A DNA stretch of 64,000 bases, from positions 2,480,001-2,544,000 of the forward strand of contig OX597840.1 in assembly GCA_951406725.2 (NCBI GenBank). Direction: 5' to 3'. Positions 1-11,071 of this stretch are shown here, one piece after another; position 1 is the stretch's first letter; each line of letters starts with the position of its first letter. The notes under the pieces were generated by a model that worked only from the letters and a program-made list of their open reading frames with translations, was not told the origin of the DNA and did not search any database. The position numbers and the translations under genes are program-made. Source of the DNA: Octopus vulgaris. Lineage: Eukaryota.

Positions 1-356
1 CTCCAAGAAAAACTAAGCAACGAGCATTAGAAAAACTAAGCTGCAAGCGTAGATTTCCTGGAAGAAGGATCGAATGCATACGAACACCAGGACAGCAAAA
101 GGGACAGATATAAAAAAACAAAAACAATAATGGAATACAGAAACATGAAATACAGAAGCATTAACGGTGAAAACAACAAGTGTCTTACGACTGATAACAA
201 GCAAACAAATTTTTTCTCTGGCGCATTGGAAGGAGCCTTTATAGCGGCGGACGAAAAACAACGATGTTAACGTGACGATGGTCAGAAGCTGAAAGGCAGA
301 TTTCAGCCAGCAGTCACGTGACAGAGAAGAGAGAAAAGAAAAGAAAGAGAAGCAAA

Positions 357-390
<34 letters not shown>

Positions 391-400
391 CAAACGCAAC
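1..400 (-). mobile_element. Probable PLE-type terminal-repeat remnant (family P3-related)
   Basis: The minus strand GTATGCATTCGATCCTTCTTCCAGG..GCTTAGTT resembles 18328-18380 (ATACATTCGCTGCTTTCTTCCA..). No coding signal. Confidence 0.3.
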
Positions 401-699
401 AAAGAGAGAGAAGAGAGAGAAAGAAGGAATCAGAGAGGAGAAGGGATGGGTGTCGAAGATTGACCTGTGAGTGCAGAGCGAGACAAAGAAATAGGAGGGT
501 AGTGGAAGATTAGACCAAAGAATCAGAGGAAAGAGAAGAGAAAAAGAGGATGAGTAGAGAGAAAAGAGAGGAGAGAGAAGAGAGAGAGAAGGGGACAGAT
601 CAAGTAAAAATGAGAGAGAGAGAGAGACAAACAGAGAGTCGTACCAATTATTAAGAATATGTGCTCACATTAATGTTAAGAGGGTACGGGGCGCCTGGA

Positions 700-820
700 A
701 TATATGTTAAGGTATGTAGAAAAATACAACATGGACAAGAACGTATAACTCTTAGAAGACGATACAATAAACACGGACAGGACATTCGAAACCCTCAGTC
801 TTCAGACAAGAACCGGATCA
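700..820 (-). mobile_element. Short PLE-derived element P3 with degenerate hammerhead-like motif
   Basis: Minus strand reads CTGAAGA..TTCGAATGTC. Similar to 62430-62574 (GGACAAGAACG..GACGATACAA..CATTCGAA..TCTTCA..CCGGATCAT). Abuts (TA)n. Confidence 0.45.
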
Positions 821-833
821 TATATATATATAT

Positions 834-926
<93 letters not shown>

Positions 927-945
927 CAGACAGATAGACAGATAG
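820..945. repeat. (TA)n-(GATA)n-(GACA)n compound microsatellite
   Basis: Directly visible. Confidence 0.95.
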
Positions 946-1353
946 AGTGACTGACAGACAGATGCTTACACACATACATACATATATGTATATGTATTCA
1001 TATTTCTAAATTTATTAAGATTTTTATGAAACCTACTGAGATATTCAATGGAGAAAAAAATCAGTTCTTTGAAGAAATCTTTGCTGCCATTGTAACTCCG
1101 AGAAACACCAGAATCCATTCTTGAACTTTTAACTTTTGTACAAGGTTCTCCTAATTATGCCATTGCAATATTTCAATGATCTTTGAAATTGTATAGCGTC
1201 ACTGCAAAATTAATTACTGTAGCTTTTCTTCTTTTACATTTAATGGTTACTTTGGTTTAAATTGTATTTGCTCTGCGCATGTGATATATGATTTTAAGAT
1301 GGTGAACTAGTTGAAGCGTTACCGCGTCGGACAAAATGCTGAGCAACATATCT

Positions 1354-1602
1354 ATTTCGTTACTACCCACAAGGGGCTAAACACAAAAAGGACAAACAAG
1401 GACAGACAAATGGATTAAGTCGATTATATCGACCCCAGTGCGCAACTGGTACTTATTTAATCGACCCCGAAAGGATGAAAGGCAAAGTCGACCTCGGCGG
1501 AATTTGAAGGTCGACTTTGCCTTTCATCCTTTCGGGGTCGATTAAATAAGTACCAGTTGCGCACTGGGGTCGATATAATCGACTTAATCCGTTTGTCTGT
1601 CC
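1354..1602 (-). mobile_element. 5'-truncated SINE family B with inverted duplication, inserted into an older B copy
   Basis: Matches the full copy at 29428-29658. Arms are 1400-1494 and 1508-1602. A degenerate B head at 1298-1353 resumes after 1603. Confidence 0.85.
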
Positions 1603-1664
1603 GTATCATCTGTGCGTACATTTTGACTTGAAATGACGCCGATGTCGACTTTGTATGTAAGACT

Positions 1665-2150
1665 ATATGTATTTTTGTCCCTACCATTACTTGACAACTG
1701 GTGTTGGCGTGTTTACGTCATTGTAATATAGCGATTCTGCGAAAGAGTGATATAGATACGAAGTGATATCAAAAACTTCCGGGGCTAGTTATGTTTAAAC
1801 AGGTCGCGGTCTCAAAGCGACGAAAATATTTTGACAAATTAAATTTAAGTGTTCAAGTGAATCTAACGGTTTTGTGTGTTTCTTAAATGGCTTATAAACA
1901 CCTTCCACGCTGCAAAAAAAAAAAGTTATTTGCCTAAGTTTTAACATCATCTCCTTCGAAATAGTAACCTTGCACAGCAATACACCGGTCCCTGTGTTCC
2001 TACCACTTTTCGAATCCGGCCTGAAAGTCGTTTTCAGTAAGAAACCAGGCTTGAAAAATATAAATACCAGGATAGATTCCTTCGACTAAAATTCTTCATG
2101 GCAGGGCTCCATCATCGTCACAATCGAATGACTGAAGCAAGTAGAAAGAT
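1665..2150 (+). mobile_element. Degenerate SINE family A 3' half interrupted by a mariner fragment
   Basis: CTTGACAAC..GTGTTTACGTC..GATATAGA [insertion] TAAG..CCAGGCTT..CGACTAAA..AATGACTGAAGCAAGTA is colinear with 5030-5200. Confidence 0.7.
1757..2035 (-). mobile_element. Mariner 3' end relic (transposase C-terminus + TIR)
   Basis: Minus-strand translation ENDFQAGFEKW*EHRDRCIAVQGYYFEGD matches the mariner C-terminal W..CI...G.YFEGD motif. TA+CGAAGTGATATCAAAAACTTCC at 1757 is TIR-like. Confidence 0.75.
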
Positions 2151-2619
2151 ACAAATAAAAGACAACGCGATTCTTCAAATTGCAGCATATAAAAATAATT
2201 ATGTTTTATAAAACTCTCTCTTTCTCCGCTGTTGGTGGAACGAGGTGACGAATGAAAGCACTTTCGTATTAGACTTTTTGTTTTCTTTCATTTTAGTATC
2301 TCCGTAGTATATTGTAGATGTTTAAATTATGGTTTGATAGAATCCACCTGATGTTCCGTTTGAAGAGATTTTGCGTAGTATTCCCCTCTGTTATATATCT
2401 AGCATGTATCTATTCAAAAGAATATAATTAATATGTTGATTGTCAGATTTTAATTGGGATGTTGTCAATAGGTACGAAAGTGTGTTTCTTTTGCGTTAAA
2501 TATGCGTGTTAAATGTGTCTGTGTGTATTTGTGTCAAAAGAGGTTTATGCTATCTCTGTTGATCAGAAAATTAATTTTTTTTCCATATGTTGAATATTAA
2601 GAGAAACGATAACGACAGA

Positions 2620-3062
2620 AAAATTTTACTAGTGTATACACAATGTAAGCTGAAAATTAAAAACGTTTGCTTCAGTCGAAACGGAACTCTAATTTCACAA
2701 CCGACCACCTGTTTCACAAATGCCTACGCAGAAACCAAACGCATTAGAGGAAGGAAACCTGTTGCATATAATTTATTCCAGAGATCTCTCTTTGTCAGGC
2801 TATCGCTACTTGAAGTGCCTCAAATGTTACAACAATAGATTTTAAATAACCAACCAGCATCGGAAATCGCATTCGAAGAATTCCTCGGCTCCAGAAAGCT
2901 AGCATTGCTCTGATATCTAAATAGACTTGTTTCTTGTTGACAAAAAAAAAATGTCCAGATAATAATTGTCATAATTTCGATTAAGAAAATTGATTCTGAG
3001 ATGAGATATAATTGTTTTAAATTAAATGTTTAAAAACTGCAATTATCTTCCACAAACTGATA
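2620..3062 (+). pseudogene. Mariner (Hsmar1/cecropia-like) transposase relic with 3' TIR
   Basis: Frameshifted YSRDLSLSGYRYLK..NNQPASEIAFEEFLGSR..LNRLVSC*QK..NFD* parallels YSPDL..YHFFKHL..NQQDAENAFQEFVESR..INKLISRWQKC..YFD*. Ends in TIR-like AAAAACTGCAATTATCTTCCACAAACTGA+TA. Confidence 0.75.
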
Positions 3063-3346
3063 ATTGGTAAAGGCGTGGTTTAGGTCGCAGCCTCAAAGTG
3101 TGGGCGTGTGTGTGTGTGTATGCGTGTGTGTGTGTGTGAATGTGTGTGTGTGTGTGTACGTATGAATGTGAGTAAAAGTATGGAGTCTTTTGAGTAAGAT
3201 ATTTTAGCTGTTAAAGGATGTATGCTTACATATTTGAGCTCACATACACACACAGAAACAGAACTAAACACACGTATATACATATGCATATATTTGTGTA
3301 TATATGTGCATGTATGTATGATTTTATATATATATATGTATGTATA

Positions 3347-3393
<47 letters not shown>

Positions 3394-4129
3394 TTGAGCA
3401 TGTGTATATGTATGTGTGTGTGGGTGTGGGTGTTTGTATGTGTGTGATTGTGTAGTTAGGGGATTGTATATTTTGATTGCTTGCTCTAACGCATTGCGAT
3501 TTCTCCCTGTTCAAGTGTTGCATTGACAGAGACTATTCACTTGAAGGAACGTTTAATGAGAGAAAAATTAATATACTTGTAATTCAAAATGCGTCTTAGA
3601 TTCATAAATGTTGCAACTTTCTACTTCGAAATGGAATCTGTTCGCCTTGTCTGTAGATTGCTTTTGGTTTATAATTGATTTCAATGTATATTTACTTTTG
3701 CAATTTTAGAATTTTTGTAGCATAATACTAGTACTACATAATGGTTTGGTACAATCCGCCTGATGTTGCGCATTAAGGAATATTTAATGTGTTTATCTGT
3801 ATTAGATTTAGCATGCAGTTCATTCGTATAACACAATCTGATGCGTGGGTTGTGTGATCTTAATATATTTAGTGTCAAATATATGTATTTTTCTGTAGTA
3901 TACCGTTAATTTTAAATTATAAATTAGTACAACCTGCCTCGTATTGTGTATTGAGATATTCCTGATAGTGTATTCGTCTATATCATATTTAATTGCTTTT
4001 GATTCTTATAAAATATTTATGTGTGGTTCGTGTTTTTTTTAATATTGTTGCAACATAATTTGTTTCGTACAATAAATAAGATAACCAGACAACAGATAAA
4101 ATGTCTTCCAAACAACTTGCACATGCAAG

Positions 4130-4543
4130 TGCTACCAGTCAAAAGCTCCGCATACCGGAAGCCAGCAAGTGTATGGGGTCTTCAGGAGAGAATGCGCGCC
4201 GTTTCGGGGCCTACCTCTCGACAGCATCAATGCGCACCGGCCCCCCTCACTGATATGAGGCCCCGCTTGCTAGGTGAGCGGGTTATCAAATTAAGCTCAA
4301 TATCATCGCCTCTTTTTAACCAAATCCAGTGGCTAGCCTTCTCCACTGTATATTGGATATTGGTCATGGTGGTATTGCTTTTACGATGAGTTAGTCCTTA
4401 CGATAAGAATAGTCGTCTCACACTGTGTCCAACGAACCCTCTACATCCGACTTCGATTGGAAAATGTTCCGCTTTCCAGCCTGCGTCTTCACATTCCTCG
4501 AGAAGGATTACATAACGATTAAATTTTCGAACCCGAGCAGCGT

Positions 4544-4545
<2 letters not shown>
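4130..4545 (-). mobile_element. HERO-like RLE non-LTR retrotransposon 3' fragment
   Basis: AARVRKFNRY..LEECEDAGWKAEHFPIEVGCRGFVG..VEKASHWIWLKR. EVGCRGF and ..AS.W.WL.R are characteristic of the HERO restriction-like endonuclease C-terminus. Followed by a GC-rich 3' UTR; the 5' break lies in (TG)n. Confidence 0.8.
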
Positions 4546-4584
<39 letters not shown>

Positions 4585-4777
4585 CATGATAGATCGCTAG
4601 CCACTACACCCATTTTTCTCTCCTTGTTTCTTTCCTTGTTTCTTTCTGTGTTCCTTTCTGTGGAAGAGCGAAGGCTCGAAACTTTAAAGACTTTTTCAAC
4701 TCCAGAGCGTTATACTAATACACCTGTTTGTTTTCTACACCACCTGTCTTCGTCTTTTTTTGTGTGTGAATTCTCCC
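4585..4777 (+). mobile_element. PLE-derived short element P1 with hammerhead-like motif
   Basis: CTGTGGA-AGAGC-GAAG-GCTC-GAAAC at 4658-4682. Homologous to 9616-9801 and 23255-23820. The 3' end is followed within a few bases by (TA)n. Confidence 0.65.
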
Positions 4778-4802
4778 ACATATATATATATATATATATA
4801 TA

Positions 4803-5215
4803 GGCGCAGGGGTGGCTGTTTGGTAAGTAGCTTGCTAACCAACCACATGGTCTCCGGGTTCAGTCCCACTGCGTGGCATCTTGGGCAAGTGTCTTCTGCT
4901 ATAGCCCCGGGCCGACCAATGCCTTGTGAGTGGATTTGGTAGACGGAAACTGAAAGAAGCCTGTCGTATATATGTATATATATATAAGTGTGTGCGAATA
5001 TGTTTGTGTGTCTGTGTTTGTTTCCCAGCATTGCTTGACAACCGATGCTAATGTGTTTACGTCCCCGTCACTTAGCGGTTCGGCAAAAGAGACCGATAGA
5101 ATAAGTACTGGGCTTACAAAGAATAAGTCCCGGGGTCGATTTGCTCGACTAAAGGCGGTGCTCCAGCATGGCCGCAGTCAAATGACTGAAACAAGTAAAA
5201 AGAGAGTAAAGAGAG
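4803..5215 (+). mobile_element. tRNA-derived SINE family A, full length
   Basis: A-box-like GTGGCTGTTTGG, B-box-like GGGTTCAGTCCC, CORE-like CTTGGGCAAGTG, internal TA/TG microsatellite, GTAAAAGAG tail. More than 15 copies or fragments in the window. Confidence 0.9.
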
Positions 5216-5523
5216 TATATATATATATATATATATAGGGTCCAATCCAATTGACAACGTAGGTCAGGTAGGTACTGTGTATACAGTGTAAGCACCTGTG
5301 TACGCCAGCTAGTAGCAGAGGTGAGAGGGTATATGTATCAAATGAAATCAAAAATCCTTTGTGTTCTGTTTTTGATTTCATTTGATATATATATATATAT
5401 ATATATTTTATAATTAATTTAAAGTTGTGCTAATTTTTCTTGAGAACAATTCTTAGTGGTTGAGACCATTGCGGATCTATTTTTAGCGTAAGAGCGTCCA
5501 CATAGTGGATTCTCTCTCATATT

Positions 5524-5612
<89 letters not shown>

Positions 5613-5614
<2 letters not shown>

Positions 5615-5772
5615 GATGGGCTTCTTTCAGTTTCCGTCTACCAGATCCACTCACAAGGCTTTGGTCGGCCCGAGGCTATAGTAGAAGACAATTGCTCAAG
5701 GTACCACGCATTGGGAGTGAACCCGGAGCCATGTGGTTGGTAAGCAAGCTACTTACCACACAGCCACTCCTG
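5613..5772 (-). mobile_element. SINE family A, 5' half
   Basis: Reverse-complement match to 4805-4968. Confidence 0.85.
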
Positions 5773-6099
5773 TGGATGTTTCGGTCAAATATAAAGCCCT
5801 GCGTTTAAATACTGGCGAATAGCTGAAATATGAAACCACTGTCTAACTGGAAGATACCTTGAATTATCCATCAGAGAAGGGCGAAGGGTCAAACTGTAAT
5901 TGTATATTTACTGTTTCTTTTAGTCATTTCATTGTACCCATGGTAGGGCACAGATTGGAGTGGCTTTGTTGACTACTTTAACTGTTGTACTATTGTACTT
6001 TCTTCAGTGTCGTATTTATTTTGACGTTATTTAATTGTCCGGTTGCTTCAGTTACGTGACAAACCTACACAGCGCAAGCGCAGCCGTGTAGGTGTTCAA

Positions 6100-6214
6100 A
6101 AGTATATGCGCGCGTGTTTGTGAGTGTGCGTATGTGTGCGTGTGTGCGCGCGTGTGTGTGTGTTTGTGTGTGCGTAGGTATATACACATCATGCACGCAT
6201 ATATGTTCGTATAC

Positions 6215-6294
<80 letters not shown>

Positions 6295-6513
6295 AATATA
6301 TATATATTTATATATATGCGTGTACGCATGCACACACAAATATATATATATATCTACATATATATATATACATATATACATATATATACATACATATACA
6401 TATACATATATTCATATATATACATATATACATATATATACATATGTATATACATATATATTTATACATATATATATTTACATATATATTTATATATACA
6501 TATATATATTTAC

Positions 6514-6544
<31 letters not shown>

Positions 6545-6712
6545 CATATATACATATATATACATACATATATACATATATATATACATATATGTATATA
6601 TATATATGTATATATACATATATAGATACATATATATATATATAGAGAGAGAGAGAGAAAGAGAGCGGGAGAGGGAAATGTGTATGTGTGTGTGCGTGTG
6701 TGTGTGTGTGTT
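6100..6712. repeat. (TG)n/(TA)n/(TATACA)n/(GA)n compound microsatellite
   Basis: Directly visible; explains the YI/HT-rich ORFs. Confidence 0.95.
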
Positions 6713-7094
6713 GTAAGGCAATTTTGAAAGCTGTTTCTTGCCTTGTTTAGTTCGAAGCAATAATTTCCTACACACCGTTAACGAAAAGTCGTAACAAAGA
6801 ACTATATTTGAAATGGCCTCGGGGGCCAGCTTTATTGGTTTAGCAACCAGTTCAGCTTTTACGAGGGTACATAACATAATTGCTTTTCTTGGTTACCTTT
6901 TTGTGTTGTTGTTTCATTTTTCATTCTTTTTATTTTTAGTTTGAGACTTTTCGTCTATGAACAGGATAATTAAAAGCGACATATAATATACTCCTGAATA
7001 TACAAATAAGATGTATTCGTCGTGGCTACACCTGCTAGAAATAGCAACCGAAATTCCCTTAAATAACCCACACCGAAACATTTGTCTTTTATTT

Positions 7095-7325
7095 TTTATT
7101 TGTTTCAGTCATGGGAGTGCGGTCATGCTGGGGCAACAACTTAATGAATATTTAGTTGAATTAGACGACCCTGGTAGTATTTTTTGTTGTGTTTTAAGCC
7201 TGGTGCGTCTTTTATCTTTGTCTTTTGCCGAACCGCTAACTACCCAGGATGCACACTATCCGGGATACAAAGTACTCAACACTGATTTTCAAGCGGCGGT
7301 GTGGGATAGAAACCAAAACACATAC
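7095..7325 (-). mobile_element. Degenerate SINE family A 3' half
   Basis: TTGTTTCAGTCAT..GCGGTCATGCTGG..TCTTTTGCCGAACCGCTAA. Confidence 0.7.
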
Positions 7326-7342
7326 ATACATACATACATACA

Positions 7343-7376
<34 letters not shown>

Positions 7377-7412
7377 CATACAAACAAACATACATACAAA
7401 CATGCATGCAGA

Positions 7413-8333
7413 TATTGGGCTATCCCATAATTAATACGTTTTTTTTATACTTGTTTTATTATTTCAAATTAAGATAAAATTCTTTTCTCATCTAAAATAT
7501 AGTCCCTTTGATTTTCTGCAATGCTCTTCCATTTATCTGATACACTTTCAAGGCCACTCTTCCAAAATTCACTTGTCCGTGACGAAAAATACTTTTCCAG
7601 TATTGTTCTGACCTCGTCTATAGAAATCATATTTTTTTCAGTCCAAATGATTTCGAATACTGCGGAATAAATGACAATCAGATGGGGCAATGTCCAACGA
7701 TATATGATGGATGGGGCATCGTTTCCCATTCAAACTCCTCTAGCCTTTGAAGTGTCATCCTCACTGCATGTGGCCGAGCATTATCCTGACAGAACACTTT
7801 TTTTCTTGAAACCAAAGATGGTCGTTTTTACCGATGGCACGAATGTATTGATGAATGGTTGGATGACCAAATCCAAATTCTCTGCTAGTTCCTCAATAAT
7901 TACCATGGGATTTTGTTCCACCAGGGTTTACAGGACGTTCTCGTTAAGCTCTACATATCTTCCAGGACGAGGCTCGTCTTCTAGGCTGTAGTTTCCGGCT
8001 CGGAATTTCTGGAATGACCATGGATACTGGTTTACGCTTATTCTCTGATACTCATATACTGCATCAATATTCCTCGCACATTCCTTTGCTTTATTGCCAT
8101 TATTGATCTCATAATCTAAATATGCCGAATATGCTCCTTTGTCACTTCCATTATAGCATTGGGAAAATAGCTGATAAAATTGAACTGCACTCTTCAAAAC
8201 TTGCACTAAGAATAGGCACAATGTAAAATTACAACCTGCTTTTAAGTTGATACAAGTAGTTTATTACGCCTCCCTATGAGTTTTAGTTCATGTAATTGAA
8301 AAGAAACCGCATTATTGATAGGATGACCCAATA
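7413..8333 (-). mobile_element. Internally deleted mariner transposon with both TIRs and TA ends
   Basis: TIRs TA-TTGGGCTATCCCATAATTAATACG and (rc) TA-TTGGGTCATCCTATCAATAATGCGG. N-terminal FQKFRAGNYSLEDEPRPGR and C-terminal YFSSRTSEFWKSGLE..KWKSIAENQRDYILD. About 920 bp, against ~1.3 kb typical for a complete mariner. Confidence 0.9.
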
Positions 8334-8382
8334 AATGACTATGCACACATTTACACACACACACACACCCATACATACATGC

Positions 8383-8448
<66 letters not shown>

Positions 8449-8453
<5 letters not shown>

Positions 8454-8650
8454 TAATCCAAACATGAACGAAGAGAAAACACAACAACGCGAGGACGTGG
8501 AACAAGTATAGTGTTATTGAACGCTCAAGAAGGGAAAGAAAGGAGGATTTAACGTTTCGAGCAGAGCACTCCGTCAGAAACATAGAAAAAGGAAAGATCC
8601 AAGGAAGGGAGGACAGCGAAAGAAAATCGCCAACGATACACACGCGGTCA
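8449..8650 (-). mobile_element. PLE-derived short element P2 (degenerate hammerhead)
   Basis: Homologous to 17915-18123. Minus strand CTGACGG-AGTGC-TCT-GCTC-GAAACGTTA. 3' end abuts (TA)n. Confidence 0.7.
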
Positions 8651-8659
8651 CATACATAT

Positions 8660-8764
<105 letters not shown>

Positions 8765-8781
8765 CATATATATTCTTATAT

Positions 8782-8945
8782 ATGACGGACTTATTTTAGT
8801 TTCCGTCTGCGATATCAATCCACAAGGTTTTGGTGGGCCCAGAGCTATAGCAGAATACAATTGTCCATGGCGCCACCAATGGAACTGAACCGAAAACTAT
8901 GTTGCTGAGAAGCAAGCTGGTTTCCATAGAGCCACGTTGGCTCCA
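8782..8945 (-). mobile_element. Degenerate SINE family A head
   Basis: Similarity to the rc of 4805-4968. Confidence 0.65.
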
Positions 8946-9214
8946 TATAAGAAAATTCCTAGGCCCATGATGGGGCAAGAAATCACGATCCTGTAATCTA
9001 TCGTCTCGTACTGTATACTGTCTATCTAGCAGGGCTGCATAGTTTTTGAAATCTATAGAATGGGATATTAGACAGCCGCGTCAATTCCTCTTTATATACC
9101 GTAGTTTGTGGCTTTGTAGACAGAGCATCATGGAGAGCGCATACACATTGTGGAAATAAAAAAAATATAATAATAAATCTCTGAGCGAGATATAAACAGT
9201 AACTGCTCTATAAC

Positions 9215-9550
9215 ATAAGGGGGATCAGCCATCTGAATGTGGCTAGGGTCAGGGCGGGGTAGTGGGGGTGTTACTGATGCATTTAGCCCCAGGCGATCAT
9301 CAACGTCACCAGAAGGGCTGACACCATCTCGGTGTCCTTGCCAGCCTGCAAAGGGAGATCAGCCTCCCCGAAGATACGGATACTACATACGGACCGGTTT
9401 CGAGATTATTGCCTCTTGTCAACGTATGGTAAGCACCGCTCTTCGTTGAGTGACTTCCCCTACAGGCTGGATATATAGGGATTTTCACAGTAACCACAGT
9501 CACTGGCGTAGAAAATCCGTTACTGAACCGGTGAGTGTGTTACATCATAA
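9215..9550 (-). mobile_element. Retrozyme-like non-autonomous element (family R), copy 1
   Basis: Shares GATGATC.CCTGGGGCTAAA..CAGTAACACCC..AGCCA.ATT.AGATG and a hammerhead fold with 18776-19232. Confidence 0.65.
9386..9428 (-). ncRNA. Type I hammerhead ribozyme, U3-A8 core variant
   Basis: CAUACG-UUGACAA-GAGG-caauaa-UCUC-GAAA-CCGG-UC^CGUAUG: perfect 6-bp stem I, 4-bp stem II, palindromic ACCGGU stem III, GUC cleavage triplet. Confidence 0.75.
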
Positions 9551-9615
9551 GGCACAAAAAGCGTGTGACTCTGCCCAGATCAACAATGTATATATATATA
9601 TATATATATATATAA

Positions 9616-9801
9616 AGGGAAAGTTTACGGAAATAAACAAAAGACGAAGGCAAGTTGTGTAAAACAAACAAATGCATTAGTATAACGCTCAGGAATAGAA
9701 AAAGTCTTTTACGTTTCGAGCCTACGCTCTTCTACAGAAAGATACACAGAAAAAAACAAGGAGAGAAAAATGCTTGTAGTAGCTAGCGATCTATCATGGC
9801 G
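9616..9801 (-). mobile_element. PLE-derived short element P1
   Basis: Minus strand CTGTAGA-AGAGC-GTAG-GCTC-GAAACGTA at 9737-9710. 3' end at (TA)n. Confidence 0.7.
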
Positions 9802-9822
9802 AATTATTTATATATATAACGA

Positions 9823-9964
<142 letters not shown>

Positions 9965-10046
9965 TATGTATGTATATATGTATATAACTATAATAAACTT
10001 ACTTGGAAATGGATGCTTGGCGTTCAAGCAAATAACAATATAAAGA

Positions 10047-10099
<53 letters not shown>

Positions 10100-10142
10100 C
10101 ATATATACACACACATATGTACATACAGACGCATACATACGC

Positions 10143-10585
10143 ATAAACTGGTCCATAGTAAGGCACGCGAAATCATAAAATATCATTACCAGAAGATGCT
10201 ATCTCTCCTCCGAGTAATCCATGTCTATTCTGTAGACTGAGAAGATCATTAATAGAATTTCTGAAAGACTCTCAAGATGCCTATACGCATATAAATGTAC
10301 TTTCGCACAATGCAGTGTGAATGAACGAGTAACTATTAACATTATTTACTTTAAGGTATGGATGAATTAAGTTTAGTTTTAACATCCCCATTCTTATATG
10401 TATGTACACATGTGTGTTTATATATGCATATAAATATATATAATAATAGCTATTGCTTAACTATTTTCTCGGAACGTCTCTGATGAAGGGATTTATAAAA
10501 TATCCCGAAACAGCTGTAAGAACTTCCTTTTATAAACGTTCTGAAATCTTTCACTGCTTTGGATTTTTTTTATCTCTTTCTGTTA

Positions 10586-10589
<4 letters not shown>
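10143..10589 (+). mobile_element. Penelope-like element 3' end: GIY-YIG C-terminal relic + UTR with hammerhead, ending in (TA)n
   Basis: INWSIVRHAKS*NIITRRCYLSSE*SMSIL*TEKIINRISERLSRCL resembles the PLE endonuclease tail I.WSI...A.PY....RC.LCL.E...I....LN.RSE..S.CRH. Confidence 0.75.
10471..10527 (+). ncRNA. Canonical minimal type I hammerhead ribozyme
   Basis: GGAAcgUCU-CUGAUGA-aGGGAU..AUCCC-GAAA-CAGCUG-UA^AGAacUUCC. Intact CUGAUGA/GAAA core, ACAGCUGU palindromic stem III, GUA triplet. Confidence 0.8.
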
Positions 10590-10664
<75 letters not shown>

Positions 10665-11034
10665 CTTTTACTCTTTTACTCGAGCACAGCCTTTAGTCGA
10701 GCAAATCGACCCCGGGACTTATTCTTTGTAAGCACAGTACTTATTCTATCGGTCTCTTTTGCAGAACCGCTAAGTGACGGGACGTAAACACACCAGCATT
10801 GGTTGTCAAGCAATGCTAGGGGAAGAAACACAGACACAGAAACACACATACATATATATATATACATATATACGACAGGCTTCTTTTAGTTTCCGTCTAC
10901 CAAATCCACTCACAAGGCATTGGTCGGCCTGGGGCTATAGCAGAAGACACTTGCCGAAGATGCCACGCAGTGGGACTGACCCGGAACCATGTAGTTGGTT
11001 AGGAAGCTACTTACCACACAGCCACTTCTGCGCC
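10665..11034 (-). mobile_element. SINE family A, near full length
   Basis: rc match to 4803-5215, with a small 3' deletion. Confidence 0.9.
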
Positions 11035-11071
11035 TATGTATATAATATAGGTATATTATATAATGTAGGTA

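Noticed and set aside
4141-4290. Possible permuted hammerhead in the HERO-like 3' UTR (GAAAC and CTGAAGA both present)
   Set aside because: The stem II strands (CCCC/CCCC) cannot pair and stem III does not form; only generic hairpins are supported.
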